A stretch of DNA of 63,823 bases, counting the filler, from Tortispora ganteri (Eukaryota), in assembly GCA_003707115.1 (NCBI GenBank). It is 37 parts of 37 records of this genome, joined end to end, with 100 filler letters (N's around TTAATTAATTAA, not from the genome) between each part and the next. Parts side by side here need not be neighbours in the genome. Positions count along the whole stretch, not along the records: positions 23,137 to 24,859 come from PPNB01000161.1; positions 24,960 to 26,665 come from PPNB01000162.1; positions 26,766 to 28,465 come from PPNB01000163.1; positions 28,566 to 30,260 come from PPNB01000164.1; positions 30,361 to 32,053 come from PPNB01000165.1; positions 32,154 to 33,845 come from PPNB01000166.1; positions 33,946 to 35,630 come from PPNB01000167.1; 30 more parts are not named here. One strand, written 5' to 3'. The first letter of the stretch is position 1, and every line of letters starts with the position of its first letter. A program made the position numbers and the translations under genes. Shown here piece by piece: positions 23,137 through 35,730 of the stretch. A model generated the notes under the pieces. The model saw only the letters and a list, made by a program, of their open reading frames with translations, had not been told where the DNA came from and searched no databases.

Positions 23137-24859
23137 AATATTTTAATGTATGTTTCTTTTTATCGTTATACTGTTGTGTAGTATTTTCTAGTTCTCTGAT
23201 CGCGTAGATGTCGTTGTACAGCGAGTACAGCGATTGTAGCCGTTTGCTCGTCAAACTCAATACATGCTCGCTGCAGCGGTGCACTTGTGCATAGTGGAAC
23301 GCTAGCTTGTAATTACGTCTTTATATTCCATTATTAGATATTATTTGTTATTATAAGTCATTAGATAGTATTTTCTCGCTCCTTCATTTCGTAGATCGCG
23401 TTGTACGTAGCATGTGCCTGTTTACTCGTCAAACTCAATACACCGTGATCGCTGTAGCATCAGTGTATCTACATAACGCCACGCAAACGCTGAACTACGT
23501 CTACACATTTCATTATTAGATATTATTTGTTATTATAAGTCATTAGATAGTATTTTCTCGCTTCTTCATTTCGTAGATCGCGTTGTACGTAGCATGTGTC
23601 TGTTTACTCGTCAAACTCAATACACCGTGATCGCTGCAGCGGTGCACTTGTGTATAGTGGAACGCTAGCTTGTAATTACGTCTTTATATTCCATTATTAG
23701 ATATTATTTGTTATTATAAGTCAATAGATAGTATTTTCTCGCTTCTTCATTTCGTAGATCTCGTTGTACGTAGCATGTGCCTGTTTACTCGTCAAACTCA
23801 ATACACCGTGATCGCTGCAGCGGTGCACTTGTGCATAGTGGAACGCTAGCTTGTAATTACGTCTTTACATTTCATTATTAGATATTATTTGTTATTATAA
23901 GTCAATAGATAGTATTTTCTCGCTCCTTCATTTCGTAGATCTCGTTGTACGTAGCATGTGCCTGTTTACTCGTCAAACTCAATACACCGTGATCGCTGTA
24001 GCATCAGTGTATCTACATAACGCCACGCAAACGCTGAACTACGTCTACACATTTCATTATTAGATATTATTTGTTATTATAAGTCAATAGATAGTATTTT
24101 CTCGCTTCTTCATTTCGTAGATCGCGTTGTACGTAGCATGTGTCTGTTTACTCGTCAAACTCAATACACCGTGATCGCTGCAGCGGTGCACTTGTGCATA
24201 GTGGAACGCTAGCTTGTAATTACGTCTTTATATTCCATTATTGGATATTATTTGTTATTATAAGTCATTAGATAGTATTTTCTCGCTTCTTCATTTCGTA
24301 GATCGCGTTGTACGTAGCATGTGTCTGTTTACTCGTCAAACTCAATACACCGTGATCGCTGCAGCGGTGCACTTGTGCATAGTGGAACGCTAGCTCGATA
24401 TTACGTCTAAATATTTTAATGTATGTTTCTTTTTATCATTATATATTGTTCTGTAGTATTTTCTAGTTCTCTCATGACGTAGATCTCGTTGTGCAGCGAT
24501 TGTAGCCGTTTGCTCGTCAAACTCAATGCGTGATCGCTGCAACGGCGGTGCATCTACATAGCACCACACAAACCTCTTATTGTGCCTTAGTATTTTATTA
24601 TTGAATACTATCTGTTATAGATACTATTTGTTATAAATACAGTCATTATATATCGTATATAGTATTCTCTAGCTCCTTACGTGATATACCTAACCCTGAA
24701 TTTGTCGCACTTGCTATTTCTCTTATACATAGACTTCAAGTGCGACACACGATCGCTGCAGCAGCGGTAGATCTACATAGCACCACACAAACCTCTTATT
24801 GTGCCTTAGTATTTTATCATTGAGTACTATCTGTTATAGATACTCTTTGTTATAGATAC
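23137..24859. repeat. Satellite array: ~181-182-bp monomers (two variants) followed by related ~220-bp units
   Basis: GATATTATTTGTTATTATAAGTCA recurs at ~23337, 23519, 23700, 23881, 24063, 24244; second array at 42510-44251. Confidence 0.92.
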
Positions 24860-24959
24860 NNNNNNNNNNNNNNNNNNNNNNNNNNNNNNNNNNNNNNNNN
24901 NNNTTAATTAATTAANNNNNNNNNNNNNNNNNNNNNNNNNNNNNNNNNNNNNNNNNNNN

Positions 24960-26665
24960 CTCTGATTGGTCGATCTAAAACTTTAACCTTCGATCTAAAA
25001 CCTTAACCTTCGATCGGATCGATCGCCTCTGATTGGTCGATCTAAAAGCTTAACTTTCGATCTAAAACTTTAACCTTCGATCGGATCGATCGCCTCTGAT
25101 TGGTCGATCTAAAAGCTTAACCTTCGATCTAAAACTTTAACCTTCGATCGGATCGATCGCTTCTGATTGGTCGATCTAAAAGCTTAACCTTCGATCTAAA
25201 AGCTTAACTTTCGATCGGATCGATCACCTCTTATTGGTCGATCCAAAAGCTTAACCTTCGATCGTATCGATTACCTCTGATTGGTCGATCTAAAAGCTTA
25301 ACTTTCGATCGGATCGATTACCTCTGATTGGTCGATTTAGACCAAACCTTAATTGGAAATGAAAGCTTCTTATTGGCTGATTCGTTACCCTAACCTGATT
25401 TAGGAATTAGGCCTTCTGATTGGTCAATATTGTTTCAAACTCTAATTTTTTGAATAAACTGTGCAGCTAATTGATTGGCTAATATAAGGTTTACACTGCC
25501 TAATCGGGTTATATTGCCTCGGCTCGAAACCTTAATCGCTAAAGATCGTCAACCATTATAGTAATATATCTCTGTAATACTGTATGGTTTCACTGCGCAC
25601 TGAAGATACAGTAGTTATAGCATAAAATTAATGTCTTCGGCTAAAGTATTCGCAATACTCCATTTGCCGTAGCCTGAAGATCTATTATATCTTCTGCTTT
25701 GTCTCACTGCATGCTCTCAACGTAAAGTGCTAGGTGCTCAGTAGGCGAAAAGATGCGCAGCTTTAAAATGCTACAAACCCAAGTAATAATGTGTTTCCAG
25801 CAATTTTAATGCCAATAAATAAAACCGATCAGTGATACTAGTAGTTTGAAACTATTTTCACGTTGGTGAATGCCGTTTCGCCGGCATTGGAACCGAATCA
25901 ACAAAATCGACGATGTATGCCCTTCAGGATCGGCAAGCAGTGCAGAAATTAGAATTGCATCTTCATTGCACGTTAACATGCAACATCACAAAATAAGCTT
26001 CATTCAAATAGTAGGAGCATAAATAATCACAGCTTCGATTGCTTTTCGACGGTATTCACGACTGTTTCGGACAGTGTTACAAGAATATCAAACTTATCCA
26101 AAACTGCCAAGGTTGGCAAGGGGAATTATAGGGCAGGCTATATATGTTCCTTCAACCTGCCACAGCAGTATATAACCATTAAAACTCCACTAAATAATCG
26201 ATTATTCTTCGACTATCTTTATCACAGTTTTAGGGCATGTTTCTACAGCATTTGGCACGGTTTGTGGTTTATAATTAGCAGAATCGCGAGAATCGTGTGC
26301 AAATGGTGGAATGGCAAAAAACACCAAGGCTACACCCTTGGTAAATTTTCGGATTTCGCGATAATCTTGATTTTTCTAAAAGTGCTCATTATAGCGGCCC
26401 AAACGCCACCAAAATACTCAAATATCGTTCCATTATGCATATAATACCTTTAAGAAGTGTTTCTATAGCTGGTGACAGTTTACTGTGAAAACCGTGAAAA
26501 TCGTGAAAATCTCGAAAATCGCAAAAAACACTAAGGCTATAGCCTTGGTAAATTTTCAGATTTCACGAAAATCTTGATTTTTTAGAAATTGCTCTTAAAG
26601 CCTCTAAAACGTCAGTAAATACTCAAATAACCGAACATTATGCTTAGAATACCTTCAGAGCCTCT
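24960..26665. repeat. Segment of ~2.6-kb repeat unit including 47/67-bp subrepeats (24960-25340)
   Basis: Reverse complement matches 61493-62387 followed by 58158 onward. Confidence 0.9.
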
Positions 26666-28295
26666 NNNNNNNNNNNNNNNNNNNNNNNNNNNNNNNNNNN
26701 NNNNNNNNNTTAATTAATTAANNNNNNNNNNNNNNNNNNNNNNNNNNNNNNNNNNNNNNNNNNNNTTGCTTGGTTTTGGCGGGCTTTACCATGTAGTACA
26801 TGAGCCGCGACGGATGTGAAGGTGGCTGGGGGCGGCGGGAGGGAGTTGTATATATGACTGGGCGATTGACAGGCTCGTTTAGAATAAGGTTTGACACCAT
26901 TGATAATCTTAACAGCCGCACGACGGTTGTAACGGCCATGATATAAGGTTTGAGTACACGGATTCGCCTAGCAGTATCCAACTGAAATGGAGTCTACCTA
27001 TAAGTTGTGGATAGCATTGTGTATCGTTTCAAGTAATATTGTTTCAACGAGTGGTCAAGCGTGGTCTGATAGTTTCTAGCCCGGGAAAGTCTGTGGGTTT
27101 GCTTGCCTTAGAATAGAAAGGTGACAGCTATTATTCACAGGACTTTGCAATATGATTATTCAACTAGGCGAATAGCTGGATATCGACCGGTACTCTTATG
27201 TAATTAAGTTATGAAGTGAACGTTTTAGAGAAAATGTCAGATATGTGATTTGCTGATAGTGTTCGATTGTATTTCTGATGCTGAATAATGTCAAAAATTG
27301 TATGGGGATGTATCAGTCATTTGCTTCATCTAACGGCACACATGATTTATTGAGGAAATCACTAATACGTTTCGCAAAGAAAATATTCGGCATATAAGTG
27401 TATATCTGCTTTAATGTTTTCGATTGCAATACTGAATTAGGGTGAATAGGGGAGCAAGTTAAAAATTGTGCAAATACACTAATGATTGGTTTAGCATTAG
27501 TAGTATGAGTATATTCTTAATCACTGAGACATTTCACGGGTATTCACGAAATATATCTAACAGTTATATTCTGAATAAAATTATGCATAAAATAGGTATA
27601 TGGTACTGTATAATTATTACGCTATATCATACGATCGTTTACCAAATCATAGTTGTGAAAAGAAAATCAAGGATTGAACTTCTGCGCCGGCCACATAGTT
27701 GAGTTATGCTAAGATGGTACAGATTTACATCAATTTAGATCTAAAATAGGCATATAAATACATACAAAACCTAAGTTATAAAACGCATCCGTTTTTGTAG
27801 TCTACTATACAGTTTTCTTATACTTATGGACATACCGTATAATTTCTTTCCACACTCAGCTATATGATATTACCCGGCCTTTTGGTTAGGCGCGCAAGAG
27901 TTAGCCGATAATCGATGGTACTGCTTGCCACATCTGATCATTCCAGGAATATGCACCTAAAGTACACCGTTTTGTATGATTTTATTAGTTGTAACGTCTT
28001 ATACTGGTCTAAGAAGTGCAGGCATCATGGTCTGATGCCTTTTAATATATTCGCCTTGTAATTACCAATTTCATCAACTCGATCGACTAATTGTTGGATC
28101 AGGGTTCAGGTTTTGATTTTCAAATGAGTCATGGCCTTTACCTTATAAAGTAGCTTAACGCAATTTCTTCGAATTGGAAAAGGCAAATCAGAAAATTTTT
28201 TACGTGCTCTCTAAAAGAGACCGCTTCTTTTAGACGTTTGATTCATATTTAGCCTACAATTTGTTTTTTTATTTGCCTACATAATAACTACTGAA

Positions 28296-28465
28296 ATGAG
28301 CAGTCCTGTCCCTGTTTTCGGCGCTGTCGCTGAGCCTTCCTCCAACGCAGTAACACTATCGACTAGTCCTACAATTTCTGCACACTCGCCGGGAAGCTAT
28401 TTTGGATCTATGAGCAGGCGTCTGACATCTTCGTTTACTGCTCCGCCTAAGACTTTGAAGCCTTT
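28296..28465 (+). CDS. SER3: D-3-phosphoglycerate dehydrogenase (Ser3/Ser33-like), N-terminus only (copy 1)
   Basis: LSTSPT...PPKTLKPF resembles the N-terminal extension of yeast Ser3/Ser33 just before the catalytic domain; short fragment. Confidence 0.65.
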
Positions 28466-30090
28466 NNNNNNNNNNNNNNNNNNNNNNNNNNNNNNNNNNN
28501 NNNNNNNNNTTAATTAATTAANNNNNNNNNNNNNNNNNNNNNNNNNNNNNNNNNNNNNNNNNNNNTGGTTTTGGCGGGCTTTACCATGTAGTACATGAGC
28601 CGCGACGGATGTGAAGGTGGCTGGGGGCGGCGGGAGGGAGTTGTATATATGACGGGGCGATTGACAGGCTCGTTTAGAATAAGGTTTGACACCATTGATA
28701 ATCTTAACAGCCGCACGACGGTTGTAACGGCCATGAGATAAGGTTTGAGTACATGGATTCGCCTAGCAGTATCCAACTGAAATGGAGTCTACCTATAAGT
28801 TGTGGATAGCATTGTGTATCGTTTCAAGTAATATTGTTTCAACGAGTGGTGAAGCGTGGTCTGATTGTTTCTAGCCCGGGAAAGTCCGTGGGTTTGCTTG
28901 CCTTAGAATAGAAAGGTGACAGCTATTATTAACAGGACTTTGCAATATGATTATTCAACTAGGCGAATAGCTGGATATCGACCGGTACTCTCATGTAATT
29001 AAGTTATGAAGTGAACGTTTTAGAGAAAATGTCAGATATGTGATTTGCTGATAGTGTTCGATTGTATTTCTGATGCTGAATAATGTCAAAAATTGTATGG
29101 GGATGTATCAGTCATTTGCTTCATCTAACGGCCCACATGATTTATTGAGGAAATCACTAATACGTTTCGCAAAGAAACTATTCGGCATATAAGTGTATAT
29201 CTGCTTTAATGTTTTCGATTGCAATACTGAATTAGGGTGAATAGGGAGCAAGTTAAAAATTGTGCAAATACAATAATGATTGGTTTAGCATTAGTAGTAT
29301 GAGTATATTCTTAATCACTGAGACATTTCACGGGTATTTCACGAAATATATCTAACAGTTATATTCTGAATAAAATTATGCATAAAATAAGTATATGGTA
29401 CTGTATAATTATTACGCTATATCATACGATCGTTTACCAAATCATAGTTGTGAAAAGAAAATCAAGGATTGAACTTCTGCGCCGGCCACATAGTTGAGTT
29501 ATGCTAAGATGGTACAGATTTACATCAATTTAGATCTAAAATAGACATATAAATACATACAAAACCTAAGTTATAAAACGCATCCGTTTTTGTAGTCTAC
29601 TATACAGTTTTCTTATACTTATGGACATACCGTATAATTTCTTTCCACACTCAGCTATATGATATTACCCGGCCTTTTGGTTAGGCGCGCAAGAGTTAGC
29701 CGATAATCGATGGTACTGCTTGCCACATCTGATCATTCCAGGAATATGCACCTAAAGTACACCGTTTTGTATGATTTTATTAGTTGTAACGTCTTATACT
29801 GGTCTAAGAAGTGCAGGCATCATGGTCTGATGCCTTTTAATATATTCGCCTTGTAATTACCAATTTCATCAACTCGATCGACTAATTGTTGGATCAGGGT
29901 TCAGGTTTTGATTTTCAAATGAGTCATGGCCTTTACCTTATAAAGTAGCTTAACGCAACTTCTTCGAATTGGAAAAGGCAAATCAGAAAATTTTTTACGT
30001 GCTCTCTAAAAGAGACCGCTTCTTTTAGACGTTTGATTCATATTTAGCCTACAATTTGTTATTTTATTTGCCTACATAATAACTACTGAA

Positions 30091-30260
30091 ATGAGCAGTC
30101 CTGTCCCTGTTTTCGGCGCTGTCGCTGAGCCTTCCTCCAACGCAGTAACACTATCGACTAGTCCTACAATTTCTGCACACTCGCCGGGAAGCTATTTTGG
30201 ATCTATGAGCAGGCGTCTGACATCTTCGTTTACTGCTCCGCCTAAGACTTTGAAGCCTTT
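30091..30260 (+). CDS. SER3: Ser3/Ser33-like N-terminus (copy 2)
   Basis: Contig 28566-30260 is a near-identical copy of 26766-28465. Confidence 0.65.
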
Positions 30261-30360
30261 NNNNNNNNNNNNNNNNNNNNNNNNNNNNNNNNNNNNNNNN
30301 NNNNTTAATTAATTAANNNNNNNNNNNNNNNNNNNNNNNNNNNNNNNNNNNNNNNNNNNN

Positions 30361-30786
30361 GACGCTGGATACCGTCATAGATATTCTCCATAAGACCGGG
30401 ACCGAGTTCTACCGAGAGAGGTTTTCCAGTGCGAAGCACGGGATCTCCCACAGTGAGACCAGCAGTTTCCTCGTATACCTGAATGGTGGCCTTATCACCT
30501 TCGATACGGATGACTTCGCCCACGAGATTGTCGTGGCCTACACGGACCAATTCGTACATGGCGCAACCAATCATGTCTTGAGCAATCACTACAGGTCCAG
30601 ACACCGAAAATACGGAACCGTAGTGGCTTTCCTTATCGCCATTGAGCTTCGACATCTCCTTGCGGGCCTTTTCCATAGCGCCAGCCTAAAAGAACACGGG
30701 TTAGCGATGTTGTTATGGCGAATTGATAGCACAAAAAGTGAATTAAGGAAAAATAAGCCTTAATTAAGTACAATTCTACTTACCAT
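30361..30786 (-). CDS. VMA1: V-ATPase catalytic subunit A, 5' part; exon 1 = ATG only (30786-30784), intron 30783-30686
   Basis: Spliced product [11 protein letters not shown]...[12 protein letters not shown]...[32 protein letters not shown]; intron GTAAGT...GCTAAC...TAG. Confidence 0.95.
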
Positions 30787-31050
30787 TTTGAGATTCTTAA
30801 GTTATTGTTCGACAGAAGAGCTTTATGAAGTGGTGGTGAATCTGCACTTAACGAACACAAAAATGGCCGATAAGTTGTTAAGTTTCGAAAGCTGTGTGGT
30901 TCCGCCACATAATAGTAAGCCTGCATGAGCGTTAGAGAATTCCTATTGGTTAAGATTATGTTGTCATGGCAATTTGTGCAGGTCACAAGAAGGAGATCCA
31001 ATGCGCGCGATCGTAGGCAGAGTTACCCGCTCTGGTCTTCCCAAAGGTAA

Positions 31051-32053
31051 GTGCCAGGTGAGATTTGGTCAGTTCAATCTATATCACACAATTCCTACTA
31101 CATCCGCAGAACGTTGCCCCCTTCCTTACTTGATAAAACCAGATCTTCAACCGTTTACCGTCCTATATTTAAGGACACTGTAAGTCTGGCTTCTCAAAAT
31201 TTTAGGAAATCAAAACAACCGGAGCGTCAATTGAGTGAATCTCGTTCTAGGAAACGTGCACGAAACGAAGAACGGATGCCTGTTGATCCAATGTCACCCA
31301 CTTTACCCGTATCTAGAACGGTTTCTACTTATTGTGGACACAATGTCACAGAAGTGACTCGCCTCATGATACAGACTCTTTCAGACATCGGATACTCTGA
31401 TCTCGCAACGTCGCTAGAAAAGGCCTCCGGTTACTCCATCGAAACTCCTGAAGTCGCTAGCTTCAGGAAAGCAGTCATCTCAGGCGACTGGGATGATGTA
31501 GAAGCAAGAATTCGCATGCTCGAACTCAAACCGGGCGTCGATGTAGAATCACTCGTGTTCAACGTTCACCGTCAAAAATTCCTTGAACTTTTACAGGCCA
31601 AAGAAGTTCAGAAGGCAATGGTCGTTTTGCGCACCCAACTGAGTACATATCAAAGTGATCTTTCTAAGCTCCATCATCTTTCTTCACTTGTAATGTGCAC
31701 TTCTACTAAAGATTTATGTGAGCGCGCTAACTGGGAAAGCTCAAGACCTAAAAGCAGGCTTGCCCTTCTGGAATCCATTCAAGAAAAAATATCTCCCTCA
31801 GTGATGATCGCTCCTCATCGTCTGGCCACTCTACTAACCCAGGCTCAAGAGTCCCAAGTTTCGAAGTGTTTGTACCACTGCTCTAATCAAGACATGACTT
31901 TATACACAGATCATTGCTGCACAAAGAGCAATTTCCCCACAGTAACTACACACGAATTAGTCTATCACTCTAACGAAGTGTGGTATGCTCAGTTTTCACA
32001 TGATGGCCAAAAACTAGCCTCAGCTTCTAAAGATGGTACAGTCGCTATTTGGG
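31051..32053 (+). CDS. GID7: GID/CTLH complex WD40 subunit (Gid7/WDR26-like), 5' part; true start uncertain (first in-frame ATG 31276)
   Basis: LisH (EVTRLMIQTLSDIGY), CTLH (FRKAVISGDW, RQKFLELL), MIAPHRLATLL, CLYH, first WD repeat HSNEVW...LASASKDGTVAIW. Confidence 0.8.
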
Positions 32054-32227
32054 NNNNNNNNNNNNNNNNNNNNNNNNNNNNNNNNNNNNNNNNNNNNTTA
32101 ATTAATTAANNNNNNNNNNNNNNNNNNNNNNNNNNNNNNNNNNNNNNNNNNNNTGAACATGGCTTTGTTCAAGGTTGGTGGAGTTGTGGGTGGACTACCC
32201 CCCACCCACCTTACCCAGTGAACCCAC

Positions 32228-33790
32228 ATGATTCCTCGACTGTCGCGGTTATACTCACCGCGTAGGCTTGGTGTGGCGTCTAACGCCACAAATCTGCTTA
32301 TTAACCAAGGTTATATTCACAAGAATGCTTCTGGACTGTACACATTTCTACCACTTGGTATGGCGGTACTATACAACATCCAACAAATCATTCGCGCCAA
32401 CCTTGCCCACACGGGCGCCTCCGAAATCGCTCTGCCGACGCTCAGCGATTCCGCACTCTGGAATAAAACAGCCCGATGGCAAAACTCTGAATTATACAAA
32501 ATCTCAGATCGTAATGGCAGACAATTTTGTCTTTCTCCAACGAATGAAGAAGACGTTACTGCTCTTGTCAAATCTACCGTCACCAGTTGGCGCGATCTCC
32601 CAGTATTGATCTACCAGATTACCAGGAAATTTAGAGACGAGATACGGCCTCGTGGAGGACTTCTGAGAGCTAAAGAATTTCTCATGAAAGATTTGTACTC
32701 CTTCGATAGAACACGCTCTGATGCTATTGCCACTTATAATCGTATCCAGACTGCCTACAAATGCATCTTCGACCAATTCGCTGTCCCGTATGTGATCGCA
32801 CAGGCCGATTCCGGCTCAATTGGCGGAACTTTATCACATGAGTTTCATTTCCTACATGAATCTGGCGAAGACTCTATCGTCTCGTGCGATTCCTGTGATT
32901 ATGCTGCCAATATTGAATGCGCCGTCGCTCGGTCTCCGGATCCCGTCCCGGAAGCAGAACAATCATACTTTGTCACACAAGACCGCAACACTTTAATCGT
33001 CGCCTATCATCCCCCTGAAACCGAAGTCAACCCAATCCAAATTGCCGTTGAAGTATCCGATATTGACTTGGCAGTCGATGACCCGCTCCAGGCGTTTGTC
33101 GCCGCAGCAGACGAGAATCCCATGACAAAACAGCTCATAAGACTCTTCGACAGAGCTGTCACAAATAAAACTAATCTTCCCGATATGCCAGTCCAAATGC
33201 ATAGGTCAAACACTGTCACGTTCGACGACATACCGTTAACACTAGTTAAGAAAGGCGACGGCTGTCCCTCTTGCGCGGGCTCGCTGCTTCTAACTAAAGC
33301 AATTGAAGTCGGTCATACCTTTTACCTAGGCACAAGATACTCTAAACCTCTTGAAGCCACTTACACCAGTTCCAGTTCTAATTCTGTGCAAACGGAACTG
33401 CCTATTGAGATGGGCTGCTATGGTATTGGCGTATCTAGACTAGTTGCTGCTATTGCCCAGTGCACTATGGACTCTAAAGGGCTCAACTGGCCGCCCTCTA
33501 TTGCACCTTATCATTCAATTATTGTGTATTCCCCAGAGTTCGAAGAGCAGGCAGTGCTCGCTCACCAAGTTTTGGCTGCTGCGGGTTTGACGTCAGCAAT
33601 TGACGACCGGTCAGAAAGGTTTGGCTGGAAACTTAAGGACTTTCAAGCTACGGGAATTCCTACGGCAATTATTATTGGCAAACAATATGCCGATACAGGG
33701 TTGATCGAAATAGAAAAACGATCCGACGGATCAAAATTGAGCTCTACACTTGACGACCTCGCCTCGGTCGTACGGTCAAGTCTTGCTTGA
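32228..33790 (+). CDS. AIM10: Mitochondrial (bacterial-type) prolyl-tRNA synthetase, complete
   Basis: PTNEE, QITRKFRDEIRPRGGLLRAKEFLMKDLYSF, IEVGHTFYLGTRYS, MGCYGIGVSR; Arg-rich presequence. Confidence 0.92.
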   Translation: MIPRLSRLYSPRRLGVASNATNLLINQGYIHKNASGLYTFLPLGMAVLYNIQQIIRANLAHTGASEIALPTLSDSALWNKTARWQNSELYKISDRNGRQFCLSPTNEEDVTALVKSTVTSWRDLPVLIYQITRKFRDEIRPRGGLLRAKEFLMKDLYSFDRTRSDAIATYNRIQTAYKCIFDQFAVPYVIAQADSGSIGGTLSHEFHFLHESGEDSIVSCDSCDYAANIECAVARSPDPVPEAEQSYFVTQDRNTLIVAYHPPETEVNPIQIAVEVSDIDLAVDDPLQAFVAAADENPMTKQLIRLFDRAVTNKTNLPDMPVQMHRSNTVTFDDIPLTLVKKGDGCPSCAGSLLLTKAIEVGHTFYLGTRYSKPLEATYTSSSSNSVQTELPIEMGCYGIGVSRLVAAIAQCTMDSKGLNWPPSIAPYHSIIVYSPEFEEQAVLAHQVLAAAGLTSAIDDRSERFGWKLKDFQATGIPTAIIIGKQYADTGLIEIEKRSDGSKLSSTLDDLASVVRSSLA

Positions 33791-33945
33791 AATATATGCT
33801 CTACACTAGTTGTACATTGTACCGGTTTTGCGTTTGCTTGAGTTANNNNNNNNNNNNNNNNNNNNNNNNNNNNNNNNNNNNNNNNNNNNTTAATTAATTA
33901 ANNNNNNNNNNNNNNNNNNNNNNNNNNNNNNNNNNNNNNNNNNNN

Positions 33946-35630
33946 TTCACTTTCTTCGTTAACGCGCTTGCTCCAATTATCTCTGAGGTTGTTATAGATT
34001 CTACTTTCAGCATCTCTAAAGACCCTTACCACCTCTATGGAGTTTTAGCGGCCCTGGACGGTGCAGTATATCCACTTTGCTACTTTTATCTCTCGAAAAA
34101 GACCAATCAGAAAACATCCGAGCCTATTACGGCACATGCAATTGGACAGGCGTTGCACTTACTAAGCCGCAAGGGCGTGAATCCATCATTTGTGCATATT
34201 GATAAAGATAAGGCCACTATACGTGCTGTTAGCCAAATTTGGGGTTCAGAGAAGATTAGAATATGTGCATGGCATGCATTACGCGCAGTACGCACTCGTG
34301 GCATAGAGAATACTAGTTCAATAAGCGGTTACAGATATGCTGATGCTAGAGCAGTGCTGCCAGATATCCAGCCATGCTTTGCCAGCGCTGCAAAGCATCT
34401 TCCAGATCTTCATCGATTAAGAAGATGCGACTGTTCCTGGAAGAATTCTGAAAAGCAAAGAGTATACTTGGAAAAGGAAAGAACAAAATTAAAGGATGCC
34501 TTGGTTGCATTGTTCGCTGAGCACATTGTGCGACATGAATACATTATTGAAGGTACCACGAATGCGCAAATTTACAAAGACTCTGTGCGCGAGATGTACG
34601 AATTTTGTCTGAAAGAAAAGATCCCGCAGGTCTGGGCATATATGTGGAAAGAGTGGTACTGCCCAGAAGAATGGATGCACTGGGCGCAGGCTTCACGATC
34701 TTCTGTCCCTATATTGAAGACTACGATGGGCATAGAAGGTCACTGGAGTGTGCTCAAAGGTTATGTAATTTCCAGAAAACGCAGAAGCTGCCGACTTGAC
34801 GCTGCAAGTTATGGAATATTAGAACATATTGAGAGCGAAGAAGTACCCAAACTGCACGAGCGGTTGGAGGGATATAGAATCAATCAATGCACCGAGAATA
34901 TGGCAAGTTGGCGTATCAGATTTATGAAGATGTGGCGCCCCATTTTTGAAGAATTCCGGAAAACTGCATATTGGGAAGAGACGCTTCAGAAGACCAGTGA
35001 ATATCGCACTTCATTACAGTCATGGCGTTGCAACTGCAAGTCCTATCTTCGCAACCCTTACCATATCTGCAAGCACATTGTGTGTCTGGCCAAAAAATGG
35101 TTTAACGAGAACAACATTCCTGAAAAAGAGATGTGGAATTTTCACTTGAACATAGGACGTGCTACCGAACCCCCCCTGATACGCCACAGAAAAATACACC
35201 AACAACTATCTGTTGATATTTCAGGAGTATCGCAGACGCGTTTGACCGAGGCAAATATGGTGGTAGAGAACCACCTAGTGCAATCAAAAGATGAGCCTCT
35301 TCCCGTTCCAACTACAGTGCGCTCCCTTTCTGGCTTGGACGTATCACATTCGGCGCATATTACTACGCTGAACCCTGCTTTTCTTCCGCTGTATAACGCC
35401 ATACAAAAGGTACAGGGCTGGTGGTTTTATTCGCATACAACGCACAGGATTTTCGATCTTCTGCAGCGGCATCAGCGAAAGCTGGTAGCTCTGCTCGAAG
35501 AACTCGCGCGCATCACTAGCTCAAAAGAAATTCTGCATTATCATAACATAAAAACAAACCCGAGATACGATTCTCATCTCTCGAGAGAAGATTATTATGC
35601 AATCGTGCTCTTGATACGGGCTTCTTCATC
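33946..35630 (+). mobile_element. MULE transposase, catalytic DDE and SWIM region
   Basis: Open from contig start: VIDSTF (D1), HIDKD (D2), CAWH (CxxH), TTMGIEGHWSVLK (E), WRCNCKSY...ICKH (SWIM finger). Confidence 0.9.
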
Positions 35631-35730
35631 NNNNNNNNNNNNNNNNNNNNNNNNNNNNNNNNNNNNNNNNNNNNTTAATTAATTAANNNNNNNNNNNNNN
35701 NNNNNNNNNNNNNNNNNNNNNNNNNNNNNN

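Noticed and set aside
23137..24859. CRISPR-like alternation of constant and variable segments
   Set aside because: Eukaryotic DNA, constant part ~130 bp, only two recurring variable types, no cas genes.
30361..30786. VMA1 intein (VDE)
   Set aside because: The contig ends about 110 codons in, well before the known insertion site; cannot be assessed.
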